Source: Aureisphaera galaxeae (GTDB lineage: Bacteria > Bacteroidota > Bacteroidia > Flavobacteriales > Flavobacteriaceae). Taken from it: DNA of 64,000 nucleotides. Where the stretch lies: NCBI RefSeq assembly GCF_028561275.1, contig NZ_JAQQTF010000002.1, positions 340,812-404,811 of the forward strand, read 5' to 3'. The first letter of the stretch is position 1, and each line of letters begins with the position of its first letter. Positions 49,904 through 59,121 of the stretch are shown here, one piece after another. The notes under the pieces were generated by a model. The model was not told the DNA's origin. It did no database searches and saw nothing but the letters and a program-made list of their open reading frames with translations. A program made the translations under genes and the position numbers.

Positions 49904-49970
49904 TATCCTCTTTTTCAGTGCTTTCTGAAAATTTTTCCCGAAATTTATAGAAACCGAAATCTGTAAAGTC

Positions 49971-50408
49971 ATGGGAAAGTACTACATAAAATACGGTCTT
50001 GGGATTGCCGCAGCGCTTATTGGATATTTTCTACTAACCAACATCATCGGGCTTCATAAGTATCCTGTTTTAAGTGCATTGAACGGGGTCATTATCGGGG
50101 GTGGGATTTTCTTTGCCTTAAAGAATTACAAGGCGAGTACCAAGGAATTTAAATATCAGGATGGATTTCAACTAGGACTTTTTACTGGCGGATTGGCCAC
50201 TTTGATTTTTGGAGCTTTCATGGCATGCTATATATTTTGGGTCGATACGCGTTTTGCGGAGGCCATTTTAGACTCTTGGAACCTTAACTTTAATAAAGGT
50301 TCGCTTATATTGATCATCTCTTTAATCATCATGGGCTTTTCCACTTCTTTTGTGCTTACATTGGCTTTTATGCAATTGCTAAAAGAATCATGGAACCCAA
50401 GACGCTGA
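49971..50408 (+). CDS. Small membrane protein (DUF4199-like)
   Basis: 145 aa with four TM helices. No other features. Confidence 0.35.
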   Translation: MGKYYIKYGLGIAAALIGYFLLTNIIGLHKYPVLSALNGVIIGGGIFFALKNYKASTKEFKYQDGFQLGLFTGGLATLIFGAFMACYIFWVDTRFAEAILDSWNLNFNKGSLILIISLIIMGFSTSFVLTLAFMQLLKESWNPRR

Positions 50409-50436
50409 AAAACACTGTTTTTTAAGGGGAAACCTT

Positions 50437-50466
50437 TTGTCATTTTCAATTTTACACCTATATTTG
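50437..50466 (+). promoter_or_regulatory. Bacteroidetes sigma-A type promoter for rplU-rpmA (-33 TTG, -7 TAtaTTTG)
   Basis: TTG at 50437-50439 and TAtaTTTG at 50459-50466, with 19-nt spacing. The same TAtnTTTGcacc box is seen upstream of atpD. Confidence 0.45.
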
Positions 50467-50529
50467 CACCCGCTTTTACCATAGGGTAAAGGCTATTGAT
50501 TTTAAAAAACCATTATAAACGTTTACGCT

Positions 50530-51246
50530 ATGTATGCAATTGTAGAGATAGCAGGGCAGCAATTCAAAGTTGCGAAAGACCAAAAAGTCTACGTAAACCG
50601 TTTGACCACAGAAGAAGGAAAAAAAGTCGCTTTCGACAATGTACTTCTTATTGGTGACGGAGATAAGGTGACTATTGGCGCCCCGGCTATAGACGGAGCT
50701 CAAGTTGGAGCGAAAGTCGTGAAGCACCTAAAAGGTGATAAAGTTATCGTTTTCAAAAAGAAAAGAAGAAAGGGATACCGTGTAAAGAACGGTCACAGAC
50801 AAGCTCTTTCTGAAATCGTAATTGAAAGCATTGTTGCTTCTGGAGCTAAGAAAGCTGCTCCTGCAAAGGCTAAAAAGGCAGCTCCTGCTAAGAAAGAGGC
50901 AGCTCCAAAGGCCGAAGCTAAAAAAGAAACCAAAGCAGCCCCTAAAGCAGAAGCTCCTAAGGCTGCACCAGCTAAAAAGGCAGCTCCAAAGAAAGCTGCA
51001 AAAGGAGATGATCTTAAGAAAATCGAAGGGATTGGACCTAAGATTGCTGAGACTTTGACTGCTGCTGGTATTGCCACGTTTGCGGATTTGGCAAAAGCTA
51101 AACCTGCAGATATCGCTGAAATCATCGCTGGAGTTCGTGGAAACCACGTTCCAGATACTTGGCCACAACAAGCCCAATTGGCTGCTGATGGCAAGTGGGA
51201 TGAACTAAAAGAATTGCAAGATAAATTAGACGGTGGGAAGGCGTAA
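50530..51246 (+). CDS. rplU: 50S ribosomal protein L21 with long C-terminal extension (Ala/Lys/Pro-rich linker + HhH-like domain)
   Basis: N-terminal about 105 aa is canonical bL21 (MYAIVEIAGQQFKV...). This is followed by AKKAAPAKAKKAAPAKKEAAPKAEAKK low-complexity and a C-terminal helix-hairpin-helix-like module (LKKIEGIGPKIAETLTAAGIATFADLAKAKPADIAEI). 238 aa total. Confidence 0.85.
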   Translation: MYAIVEIAGQQFKVAKDQKVYVNRLTTEEGKKVAFDNVLLIGDGDKVTIGAPAIDGAQVGAKVVKHLKGDKVIVFKKKRRKGYRVKNGHRQALSEIVIESIVASGAKKAAPAKAKKAAPAKKEAAPKAEAKKETKAAPKAEAPKAAPAKKAAPKKAAKGDDLKKIEGIGPKIAETLTAAGIATFADLAKAKPADIAEIIAGVRGNHVPDTWPQQAQLAADGKWDELKELQDKLDGGKA

Positions 51247-51282
51247 GCTCCACTAATGTATAACGTATAAAACCGTAAAGAA

Positions 51283-51546
51283 ATGGCTCACAAAAAAGGA
51301 GTTGGTAGTTCCAAGAACGGTCGCGAATCAGAATCGAAACGCCTAGGGGTTAAGATTTTTGGTGGTCAAGCAGCAGTTGCTGGAAATATCATCGTAAGAC
51401 AAAGAGGATATACACATCACCCAGGTGAGAATGTATACGGTGGAAAAGACCATACCCTTCACGCCAAAGTGGACGGTGTTGTTAAGTTCACCAAGAAAAA
51501 GAACAACAAATCCTATGTTTCTATTGTTCCTCACGGAGAAGCATAA
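51283..51546 (+). CDS. rpmA: 50S ribosomal protein L27
   Basis: [29 protein letters not shown], a canonical bL27 N-terminus. 87 aa. Confidence 0.95.
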   Translation: MAHKKGVGSSKNGRESESKRLGVKIFGGQAAVAGNIIVRQRGYTHHPGENVYGGKDHTLHAKVDGVVKFTKKKNNKSYVSIVPHGEA

Positions 51547-51571
51547 AACATAGTAGCGATACGAAAATGAA

Positions 51572-51602
51572 CCCTCAACCTTGGTTGGGGGTTTTTTATT
51601 TT
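51572..51602 (+). terminator. Rho-independent terminator after rpmA
   Basis: CCCTCAAC-cttg-GTTGGGGG hairpin (8 bp, one G-U) followed by TTTTTTATTTT. Confidence 0.6.
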
Positions 51603-51699
51603 CTCATTTTTTGCTCATTACGATAGGGTTAAGGATCGCCATGTCTTCCGAAATACCCAAAATATTGATTATACTTGTAATCCGATTTTATTTTTAACT

Positions 51700-52638
51700 A
51701 TGAAATCATCCATTGTTTTAATTTTTCTGTTGTGTTTATTCTCTCAGAAACTCAATGCCCAAGACGAGTATGTTTTTGAAGGGGTCATTAAACTGAGTGG
51801 GTTATCATTGTATACCTATAGCATTCATTTTTATGAAGAAGAGGGAGTCATTGAGGGATATTCCGTTACCGATCAGGATGGAGCATATGAAACCAAATCT
51901 TTGGTGTCAGGTTCTATAGATCACAAAACTAAAATAATTGAATTTTACGAAAGTGAAATCCTTACTGCTAAGTCCTCAAAGTCTTTGGATGGTTTCTGTT
52001 ACATACATTTTAACGGAACCTTGAAAGAAGGAAAGGAGCAACAGGAAATTTGGGGGAAATTTAATAGTAAGTACAAAACCGGGGATCTATGTATAAATGG
52101 TGTCATTTCAATGACCAATAAAGGGCCTGTTTTTAAAAAGAAGGAACGTCCCAAAGTGGAATTGGCTGGAGGAATAAAGCAAGAAGATAGAATTGAACAA
52201 GAAACTAGAATTGAACAAGAAAGTAGAATTAAACGAGAAAGCAGAATTAAAATTAAGGAAAAGAGTAAAAGCTTAGTGAGTAAGGCCAATAACATACGTA
52301 TCAATACCGTGGCTACCAATGAAGTACTTCATGTATTTTCCAAGGATGATGAACTTTCAATGTTAATATACGATGAAGAAGTTTCTGATAACGATAGGAT
52401 CAATCTTTCCATAAACGACATTCCTATTTTAGTAGACTATGGGGTTACCAAACGCTCCAGAAAAGTTACCATACCAATGGACCGAGATCGGGTGGAGGTA
52501 AAGGTTACTGCTTTGACCAATGGAATCATTGGTAAAAACACCATTCGTTTCGATATTACAGATAGCAACAATCTTACCAGAACCGTTACCAATCTTGAGG
52601 TAGGCGAGACTGCAACTTTGGTTTTCCTTAAGCAGTAA
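51700..52638 (+). CDS. Hypothetical secreted protein with internal charged heptad repeats
   Basis: Signal peptide (MKSSIVLIFLLCLFSQKLNAQ). Central RIEQETRIEQESRIKRESRIKIKEK repeat. No recognisable domain. Confidence 0.4.
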   Translation: MKSSIVLIFLLCLFSQKLNAQDEYVFEGVIKLSGLSLYTYSIHFYEEEGVIEGYSVTDQDGAYETKSLVSGSIDHKTKIIEFYESEILTAKSSKSLDGFCYIHFNGTLKEGKEQQEIWGKFNSKYKTGDLCINGVISMTNKGPVFKKKERPKVELAGGIKQEDRIEQETRIEQESRIKRESRIKIKEKSKSLVSKANNIRINTVATNEVLHVFSKDDELSMLIYDEEVSDNDRINLSINDIPILVDYGVTKRSRKVTIPMDRDRVEVKVTALTNGIIGKNTIRFDITDSNNLTRTVTNLEVGETATLVFLKQ

Positions 52639-52642
52639 TTGC

Positions 52643-53185
52643 TTATTCCCCAAGGATATCCCGCATGATTTTTAGGTGGTGCTCTGTATGCACTTCCAAA
52701 AATCGCAAGGTATTTCCCCGTGCAATGGTGCCGAAAACAGGATGTTCAAAATGTACATTCTCATCCAATTCGAACACTTTTTTCATGTTTTCCCGGGCTT
52801 GCGTTAATTGCGCATACAAGGCTTCTGTCTCAATAACCTCAGGCGGCCGAACCGATGCTGGCGATTCTGCCCTTCCCCTAGGAATGAAATTCATTGTAAG
52901 GGACATGGTTCGGATGGCACTGAAACTACTGTCGAAATCTTCCGGATTGGAAGCCTCTAACGAATCATAAATGCCGTTAATGGTCTTTAAGCTATGGTCC
53001 AAGTGCCAAGCCACAGGAACCTTCGATACGTCTTCGTTTTGAACGTCCCTTGAGGAGATTTTAGCCTCTAGTTCGGCAAAATGATCGTCTAAAAAATTGG
53101 GATTTGTCGTGTTCATGGCAAATTTGGAATAGATCGCAAATAGTACGATTAGGAGTAGGACTGCTAAGGTGATTTTTTTCCACAT
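52643..53185 (-). CDS. DinB-family (DinB_2/DUF664) metal-dependent protein, with N-terminal TM/signal segment
   Basis: HxxxH-type motifs (VAWHLDHS, EVHTEHHLK) of the DinB/YfiT four-helix bundle. 180 aa. Confidence 0.6.
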   Translation of the reverse strand: MWKKITLAVLLLIVLFAIYSKFAMNTTNPNFLDDHFAELEAKISSRDVQNEDVSKVPVAWHLDHSLKTINGIYDSLEASNPEDFDSSFSAIRTMSLTMNFIPRGRAESPASVRPPEVIETEALYAQLTQARENMKKVFELDENVHFEHPVFGTIARGNTLRFLEVHTEHHLKIMRDILGE

Positions 53186-53196
53186 AGTTTGACGTT

Positions 53197-55575
53197 TTAA
53201 AATTCGAATCGATATCCAAAATCTGGGAAGAATCCTATTTGGTCTACCTGATCTACCCGATTGGTCAATCGGTTATAACGGCGTACAAATACATTCTCGT
53301 TATTGGTTACATTCTGAATATCGAAATACAATTGATGCGATGTTTTGTTCGTTTTGCTGTTTATTTTGAAACCGGCTTTTACGTCCCACCTAAGATAACC
53401 ATCATATTGTTCGCTAAAAGCCAAGTCTTCTTGAAGCACTTCGAAACCGGCTGCTTGAGATGCTTCTAAATCTACGGGAGTAAAATATCGTCCACCAGAA
53501 ACCGTGAAACGGGTGTCGAAGAACAGTACATTTTTCTTGGCTTTCCCTACCGCAAATTCCCGTCCAGCTAGAACATTCACTACATATCCATTGTTGAAAG
53601 GAGTATTTCTTTCAATACCGTCACTGCCTTCATACTTGCTTTCAAAAAGGGAAGTAGTCAATAGACCGTAGTAGCCATCGCTAAAGAACTTTTCAATAGT
53701 GATTTCCACTCCCTGATTAAATCCAGTTCCTTCATTCACCAAGGAAACCCGATCATTTTCGAAAACAAAGTCGGCTCCTTCAGTTAGGGAGGAATAACTG
53801 GAAGGGAAGGGTTCTACTGCAGCATTATCGATGCTTTGATAGTATACTTCCAACTTACCGCGCCAGTTTTTGGCAAAGCGGGTATCGTATCCCAAAACGA
53901 AATGATTGCTTCGCACAAAATCCAAATCGGCATTGGTTTGTTGTAGGGTTCCGTTTACATCTTCATTCAAAAATAAAATAGGTAATGATACCGGTTGGTG
54001 GTGCAATCCGTAACCCAAACTCAGTTGATGCCTAGGTGCAATTTTATAATTCACCGCAGCTCTGGGTTCCAACACAAATTGTTCATTCAAAGTACTGTAT
54101 TGTGCATGCAAACCGGTGTTAAGGGTCAATGTCTCTGTAAGGCGGAACTGTCCCTGTGCATAGGGTTGTACCAAGGTGAGATTGTCATCCACATCCAAAT
54201 AAGTGAACAGATCGGGATCGCCATCGCCGTCTAAATCTGGCTGCATTTCCCGATCCTTCTGGGTCACATCTATTGCCGTCGTCTCAACCAATAAGCCCGT
54301 TCGGAAGGTGCTTCGGCTGCTTAATTTAGTATTGAACATAGTCGAGGTACTGAATCGAGTTTCAAGGTTGTCGGCTTCGGTGTATCGGAGCATCCATTCT
54401 TCTGCGCTGTCCTTATCGATAAACCGATCCTGTTTAAAATCACTTCCGCTGTAGGATCCTGCAATAATGGTTCTTAGATAGGAGTTTTTAGAAAGTCCTA
54501 TTTGATGCTTTAAACCTACCACACCAAAGCCCGATTCGAAGAAGGAATTTTCATCTTCGGCCGCGAATAGATCATTTTCGTCTATATCATCTCCCAAAAA
54601 GTCAATGTCTGAGAAGCCAAGAATTCCGAAGAGTGAGAAATTACCCTGTTTGCTTTTTCCAAGGTCAATGTTAAAGGAAACATCATTGTAATTGGGCGTG
54701 GCCGAAGTTCCGCCAGCACCTACGCCCAAAAGGCTTACCAAGGAATAGCGTCCAGATAGTAAAAAAGAGCCGTTGTTCTTTCCCAAAGGACCTTCTGCCA
54801 TTGCCTCCACTCCCGTAAAGATGCCCACTTGGGCGGTAAATTCATAGCTGTCCTTGTTCCCTTTACGGAAGCCCAGATCGAAAACCCCGCCGAGGGCATT
54901 TCCGTATTCTGCGGGAAATGCCGAGGTGAGGAAATCGGAGTTCTTGAGGAGGTTGGGGTTTAAAGCCGAAACAGGACCGCCTGTGGTGCCGACAGACGAG
55001 AAATGGTTGGGACTGGGAATGGGGATTCCCTCGAGGCGCCATAACAGTCCTGTTGGGGAGTTTCCTCTTACAACAATGTCGTTTCTACTATCATCGGGCG
55101 CAGAGACCCCAGCAAAATTGGCGGCCAAACGACCTACATCGCTGCGTCCCCCGGAAAAGCGATTCACTTCTTCCAAACTGAATTGCCGTGAGGAAATTGT
55201 GGCGAGCTTATTTACAGATCGATCTTTATTGGTTGAGGTGATGACTACCTCGTCCAATTGATCGAAGGCTTCAATAAGGTTGACGGTAACCACAGCATCT
55301 TTTCCGGAGGTTACCACGATATTTGGGAGGGTGATACTTTCGAAACCTACGTAACCAACGCGAATGCTTTGTCTTCCTACGGGAACGTTGTCCAGACGGA
55401 AGTAACCGTCGAAATCGGTAATGACGCCTGTAGCTTCCACGCCCAATAATTCTACCGTAGCTCCATTAAGGGGCGCTTCACTTTGTTTGTCGATTACAAT
55501 ACCCTTAATGACTCCAGTTTGCGCGAAAGAGGCAAGGCCTAAGAATAGTACAATGAGTTGGATTCCTTTTTTCAT
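53197..55575 (-). CDS. TonB-dependent receptor (CarboxypepD_reg-like + plug + barrel)
   Basis: Signal peptide. N-terminal GVIKGIVIDKQSEAPLNGATV domain. Plug. C-terminal barrel ending ...GYRFEF. Confidence 0.8.
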   Translation of the reverse strand: MKKGIQLIVLFLGLASFAQTGVIKGIVIDKQSEAPLNGATVELLGVEATGVITDFDGYFRLDNVPVGRQSIRVGYVGFESITLPNIVVTSGKDAVVTVNLIEAFDQLDEVVITSTNKDRSVNKLATISSRQFSLEEVNRFSGGRSDVGRLAANFAGVSAPDDSRNDIVVRGNSPTGLLWRLEGIPIPSPNHFSSVGTTGGPVSALNPNLLKNSDFLTSAFPAEYGNALGGVFDLGFRKGNKDSYEFTAQVGIFTGVEAMAEGPLGKNNGSFLLSGRYSLVSLLGVGAGGTSATPNYNDVSFNIDLGKSKQGNFSLFGILGFSDIDFLGDDIDENDLFAAEDENSFFESGFGVVGLKHQIGLSKNSYLRTIIAGSYSGSDFKQDRFIDKDSAEEWMLRYTEADNLETRFSTSTMFNTKLSSRSTFRTGLLVETTAIDVTQKDREMQPDLDGDGDPDLFTYLDVDDNLTLVQPYAQGQFRLTETLTLNTGLHAQYSTLNEQFVLEPRAAVNYKIAPRHQLSLGYGLHHQPVSLPILFLNEDVNGTLQQTNADLDFVRSNHFVLGYDTRFAKNWRGKLEVYYQSIDNAAVEPFPSSYSSLTEGADFVFENDRVSLVNEGTGFNQGVEITIEKFFSDGYYGLLTTSLFESKYEGSDGIERNTPFNNGYVVNVLAGREFAVGKAKKNVLFFDTRFTVSGGRYFTPVDLEASQAAGFEVLQEDLAFSEQYDGYLRWDVKAGFKINSKTNKTSHQLYFDIQNVTNNENVFVRRYNRLTNRVDQVDQIGFFPDFGYRFEF

Positions 55576-55819
55576 TTTTTTGAATTTTATCCAAAGGTGT
55601 CTTTCCCTTTTCGGAAGTACAATTGAAAAAAGTTGAAGTGTTGTCTTATGGTTTGAATTGTAGCTATATCGGTTTTATGGTAGTGAAGGGAGGAGCTTAG
55701 CTATGGATTCGGTTCAACAGAGTAAAAGAACAATTCAGGTTGAAATTCGACAGTTGAAGATTCTCCCGGGAATTCCCTGTACAACATTTTGTTACTTTGT
55801 TTGTTGATCCAGTATCTTT

Positions 55820-56896
55820 ATGGAAATGAAAAAGAAAGGCTTACAAAAAATAGCGGTGCGGTTTCTTATCGTAAACGTCGTTTACTTTCTCATTAAGTTA
55901 ACCATAGACCATGGAGGGAAAGCTCCCAATCTCTTTAGTGGACAGGCCGTGTTTTATTATTCTTCGGCCATAGTCCTTTTCTTTAGTACGTGGGAGATCA
56001 ACGATCGGCTCATTAAAAAGTACCAGGAAAGGAGAGGGGCTTTATCACCCAAGGATTATACGGCTATTATAGGTTGGACCATGGCCATTATGACTCCTCT
56101 GGCGGCTTTATATTATTACATCGGGATTTTTCATTTAAATCACATTTGTCATTTGCATGATGGAGATCCGTGGTTGCAATGGCGCATCGATTTCTTTAGG
56201 GCTATGTTGTTGAGCGTTGCGGTAATACTCTTCAATGTTTTTTATCATGCCTTGTATCAGAAGCGCGAATTGGAGAATAAAATGACCGCCTTAAAGAAGG
56301 AAGTGGTCACTTCGAAATACAAATCTCTGAAGAGTCAGATAAGTCCACATTTCCTTTTTAATAGTCTGAATACACTCACGAGTTTGATGTACGAAGATCG
56401 GGATTTGGCATCCGATTTCGTTTCCCGTTTGGCTTCCTGTTATCGATACATTCTGGACAATAGGGAAGAGGATTTGGTTTCTTTGGAGAAGGAACTCGGA
56501 TTTCTCGATTCGTTTATGTTTATGATGAATGTACGGCACGAAGGAGCCCTTACCATAAAGACAAATATAAAAGTGTCTCCAGTGGAATATCTCATCCCAA
56601 CCCTTACCTTGCAGATGTTGGTGGAAAATGCGATGAAGCATAATTTCTATTCCAAAGAGAAACCTATGGAAATTTTGGTAGAAACCCGAGGAAAGCAGCG
56701 TTTGGTGGTTCAGAATACCTTTAGAAAGCGGGCGCTTGAAGAGGAGTCGACCGGATTGGGAATTCAGAATGTAAAGAACCGATATGCTTTTTATACCTCC
56801 CAGGAAGTGTTGGTAGAAGAAAAAGAAGATGTATTCGTGGTAGAAATTCCTTTGTTGCCTAGGGATATAAAGGACATTAAAATGATCGTTTCCTAA
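55820..56896 (+). CDS. LytS/YehU-family sensor histidine kinase (membrane, His_kinase PF06580 type)
   Basis: Several N-terminal TM helices. Conserved SPHFLFNSLNTL histidine motif. C-terminal HATPase-like region (ENAMKHN). Confidence 0.8.
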   Translation: MEMKKKGLQKIAVRFLIVNVVYFLIKLTIDHGGKAPNLFSGQAVFYYSSAIVLFFSTWEINDRLIKKYQERRGALSPKDYTAIIGWTMAIMTPLAALYYYIGIFHLNHICHLHDGDPWLQWRIDFFRAMLLSVAVILFNVFYHALYQKRELENKMTALKKEVVTSKYKSLKSQISPHFLFNSLNTLTSLMYEDRDLASDFVSRLASCYRYILDNREEDLVSLEKELGFLDSFMFMMNVRHEGALTIKTNIKVSPVEYLIPTLTLQMLVENAMKHNFYSKEKPMEILVETRGKQRLVVQNTFRKRALEEESTGLGIQNVKNRYAFYTSQEVLVEEKEDVFVVEIPLLPRDIKDIKMIVS

Positions 56897-57648
56897 TGAA
56901 AGCTGTGATTGTAGAGGACGAAGCCATTGCTTCCCGCCGTTTGGCCAACCTTATTGGCGAATTGGCCCCAGAAATGGAAATTGTGGGGCAGGTGACCTCG
57001 GTGGAGAATGGCAGTCGTTGGTTTGCTGAAAACAGCATGCCCGATTTGATCTTTTTGGACATTCAGTTGAATGACGGTTATGGCTTTGATATTTTGGATC
57101 GATTGGAAGATCATCCACCAGTCATTTTTACCACGGCTTATAATGAATATGCTATCCGCGGATTTAAGTACAACGGCATCGATTATTTGCTCAAACCGAT
57201 TGACAAGAATGACTTGCGAGATGCCTTGTATAAATTTCGGAAGAACAGTGTAGCAGTTCCTTCGGAAACGGACAAGATTGCCGAGTTGAAAAAGTTATTC
57301 TCGAAGGAGTTCAAGAAACGGTTTATGGTGAAGGTGGGGAATCATTTCAATACCTTTCAAGTAGAAGACATTGCCTACTTTAAGAGCCATGACGGTCTTA
57401 TTTTCCTGCACTCACATTCTGGACAGGAGTTCCCGATTGAATATTCTATAGATCAATTGGAGGATATTTTAGATCCGGTACAGTTTTTTAGGATCAACCG
57501 TAAGTTCATGGTTTCCGTACAAGCAGTACAAGAGATCCACACCTATTTCAACAGTCGATTGCTATTAAAACTACAACCCAAGGAAGAAGAGCAGGTCATT
57601 GTTTCCCGGGAACGCACCAGTAATTTTAAACGGTGGTTGGATTTGTGA
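56896..57648 (+). CDS. LytTR-family response regulator
   Basis: Receiver domain with phospho-acceptor context (DLIFLDIQLNDG). C-terminal LytTR DNA-binding domain. Start overlaps the kinase stop. Confidence 0.85.
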   Translation: MKAVIVEDEAIASRRLANLIGELAPEMEIVGQVTSVENGSRWFAENSMPDLIFLDIQLNDGYGFDILDRLEDHPPVIFTTAYNEYAIRGFKYNGIDYLLKPIDKNDLRDALYKFRKNSVAVPSETDKIAELKKLFSKEFKKRFMVKVGNHFNTFQVEDIAYFKSHDGLIFLHSHSGQEFPIEYSIDQLEDILDPVQFFRINRKFMVSVQAVQEIHTYFNSRLLLKLQPKEEEQVIVSRERTSNFKRWLDL

Positions 57649-57669
57649 TGTCCTATTATTTGCAGAAAT

Positions 57670-58200
57670 TCACTGCTCCATAAATACGATGCACATTGAT
57701 GCTATTTCCGCAACTTCATTGTCGTCGGAAAGTGAATGGCCTTTAACAGCTTCGTCGATACAATTGCTTAATTCAATGGCTTTACTTTTGATAAAATCAA
57801 GTGAATGCCCTTTGTATATATGAGCTAAAAAGTCACCGCAAGTTGCTAATTTGTTTCTTTTGGCTGAGATCTTCCATTCCGAAATTTTAGACTTATGAAG
57901 AGATCCACCAACATACCATTCTTGACTATTGTCAGAGACATGTTTTTCTGGACCATCCAAACAAGAAATCATTATAATGGGAATGCAGAATAGAAATACT
58001 AGAACGAAGAGGCATCCTTTCCCTGTTGATTTATTAAAGTTCTTTCTATAGGTGAGCCCAGGAATTCCGGTTCTAATGGAAAATCCTTTTGTGCTTACCG
58101 AACCTTTTTTGGAACGGTAACTAGGATACATTCCTTTTTTGCTAAAGTTGAGTCCGAATCCTTTGCCAAGATTGACTCGTTTTCTGTATCTAAATCCCAT
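57670..58200 (-). CDS. DUF4236-domain membrane protein
   Basis: N-terminus MGFRYRKRVNLGKGFGLNFSKKG matches the DUF4236 signature. It is followed by a basic repeat region, one TM helix and a Cys/His-containing C-terminal domain. Confidence 0.45.
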   Translation of the reverse strand: MGFRYRKRVNLGKGFGLNFSKKGMYPSYRSKKGSVSTKGFSIRTGIPGLTYRKNFNKSTGKGCLFVLVFLFCIPIIMISCLDGPEKHVSDNSQEWYVGGSLHKSKISEWKISAKRNKLATCGDFLAHIYKGHSLDFIKSKAIELSNCIDEAVKGHSLSDDNEVAEIASMCIVFMEQ

Positions 58201-58202
58201 GA

Positions 58203-59111
58203 CTAATGTTTAATGATGAAGTCGGAGATTATTTTTTTCATGTTCGAAGGTAACTCGGCATTTCTCACTTCATAATAATTAACTTTCATTTCCCTGAACC
58301 ATTTCTGCCAGTATTCCTTTATCAGGTCATCTTCATAAACATTTCCTTCTATAGGATTAATTCCTAAAACAAGGACATCTAGATTTGATAGGTCGTTTTC
58401 GGCTACTAAAAAACCATAATTTTTCTGGTCCATTTTTGCTTTCCAATTGATGGAGTTGAGGTTTTCGCTTTTTACATATTGAGGGGTTAAGTAAGTGGTC
58501 AAGTGGTCTTTTTCTCTAAGATTGTTTTTATGGAACATATAACCATCAGTTAGAATTATTAAAATATTCCGTGAATCATTCTCAATACAAAAATCCCTGA
58601 CATTATTTTTGAAAAATCCCCAAGTATCAGATCCTATATAGTCTCTGTCTTTAATTGAAAGCTCATATATTTCTTTTGATTTTGACACATATGCTGGTGT
58701 GATCTCATCCAGTAAATCCATAGATGCATTAGCTCTTGTTATATGGAACTTTAGGCTTTTTGAAATTTTATTGATTTTTAGATTCTTTGGCTCTGGATCG
58801 AAATACAGGGCTATTCTGTCGTCCATTTTTCTGACTTTCTTGACTTTAAGGTGATTGACAAACGTTTCAGCGATTAATTCTATATAGCCTAAGTCCCTCT
58901 TATAATATTCCATAGTTTTATTGTGAAACTTTATGGTGTCAATTCTATCCGATAGGTCTAAGAGAATGCTAATGTTTAAATTGATATCTCGGGTTTTATG
59001 GATAGTAGACTCTTGACCTATTATTGGTTCCTCTTTTTTTACATCTTTGTTGCAAGAGAGTAAAGTGGTAAGCAATAGATATAACGAGATTTGATTGATC
59101 GAACTTTTCAT
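58203..59111 (-). CDS. Hypothetical lipoprotein (302 aa)
   Basis: Lipoprotein signal (LLLTTLLSCNKD). AT-rich codon usage. No recognisable domain. Confidence 0.4.
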   Translation of the reverse strand: MKSSINQISLYLLLTTLLSCNKDVKKEEPIIGQESTIHKTRDINLNISILLDLSDRIDTIKFHNKTMEYYKRDLGYIELIAETFVNHLKVKKVRKMDDRIALYFDPEPKNLKINKISKSLKFHITRANASMDLLDEITPAYVSKSKEIYELSIKDRDYIGSDTWGFFKNNVRDFCIENDSRNILIILTDGYMFHKNNLREKDHLTTYLTPQYVKSENLNSINWKAKMDQKNYGFLVAENDLSNLDVLVLGINPIEGNVYEDDLIKEYWQKWFREMKVNYYEVRNAELPSNMKKIISDFIIKH

Positions 59112-59121
59112 AACGTTAGCA

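Noticed and set aside
50728-51194. Two minus-strand ORFs (149 and 133 aa) antisense to rplU
   Set aside because: They lie entirely within the low-complexity Ala/Lys-coding part of rplU. Their translations are low-complexity Ser/Phe/Leu and Ala-rich strings typical of antisense artefacts.
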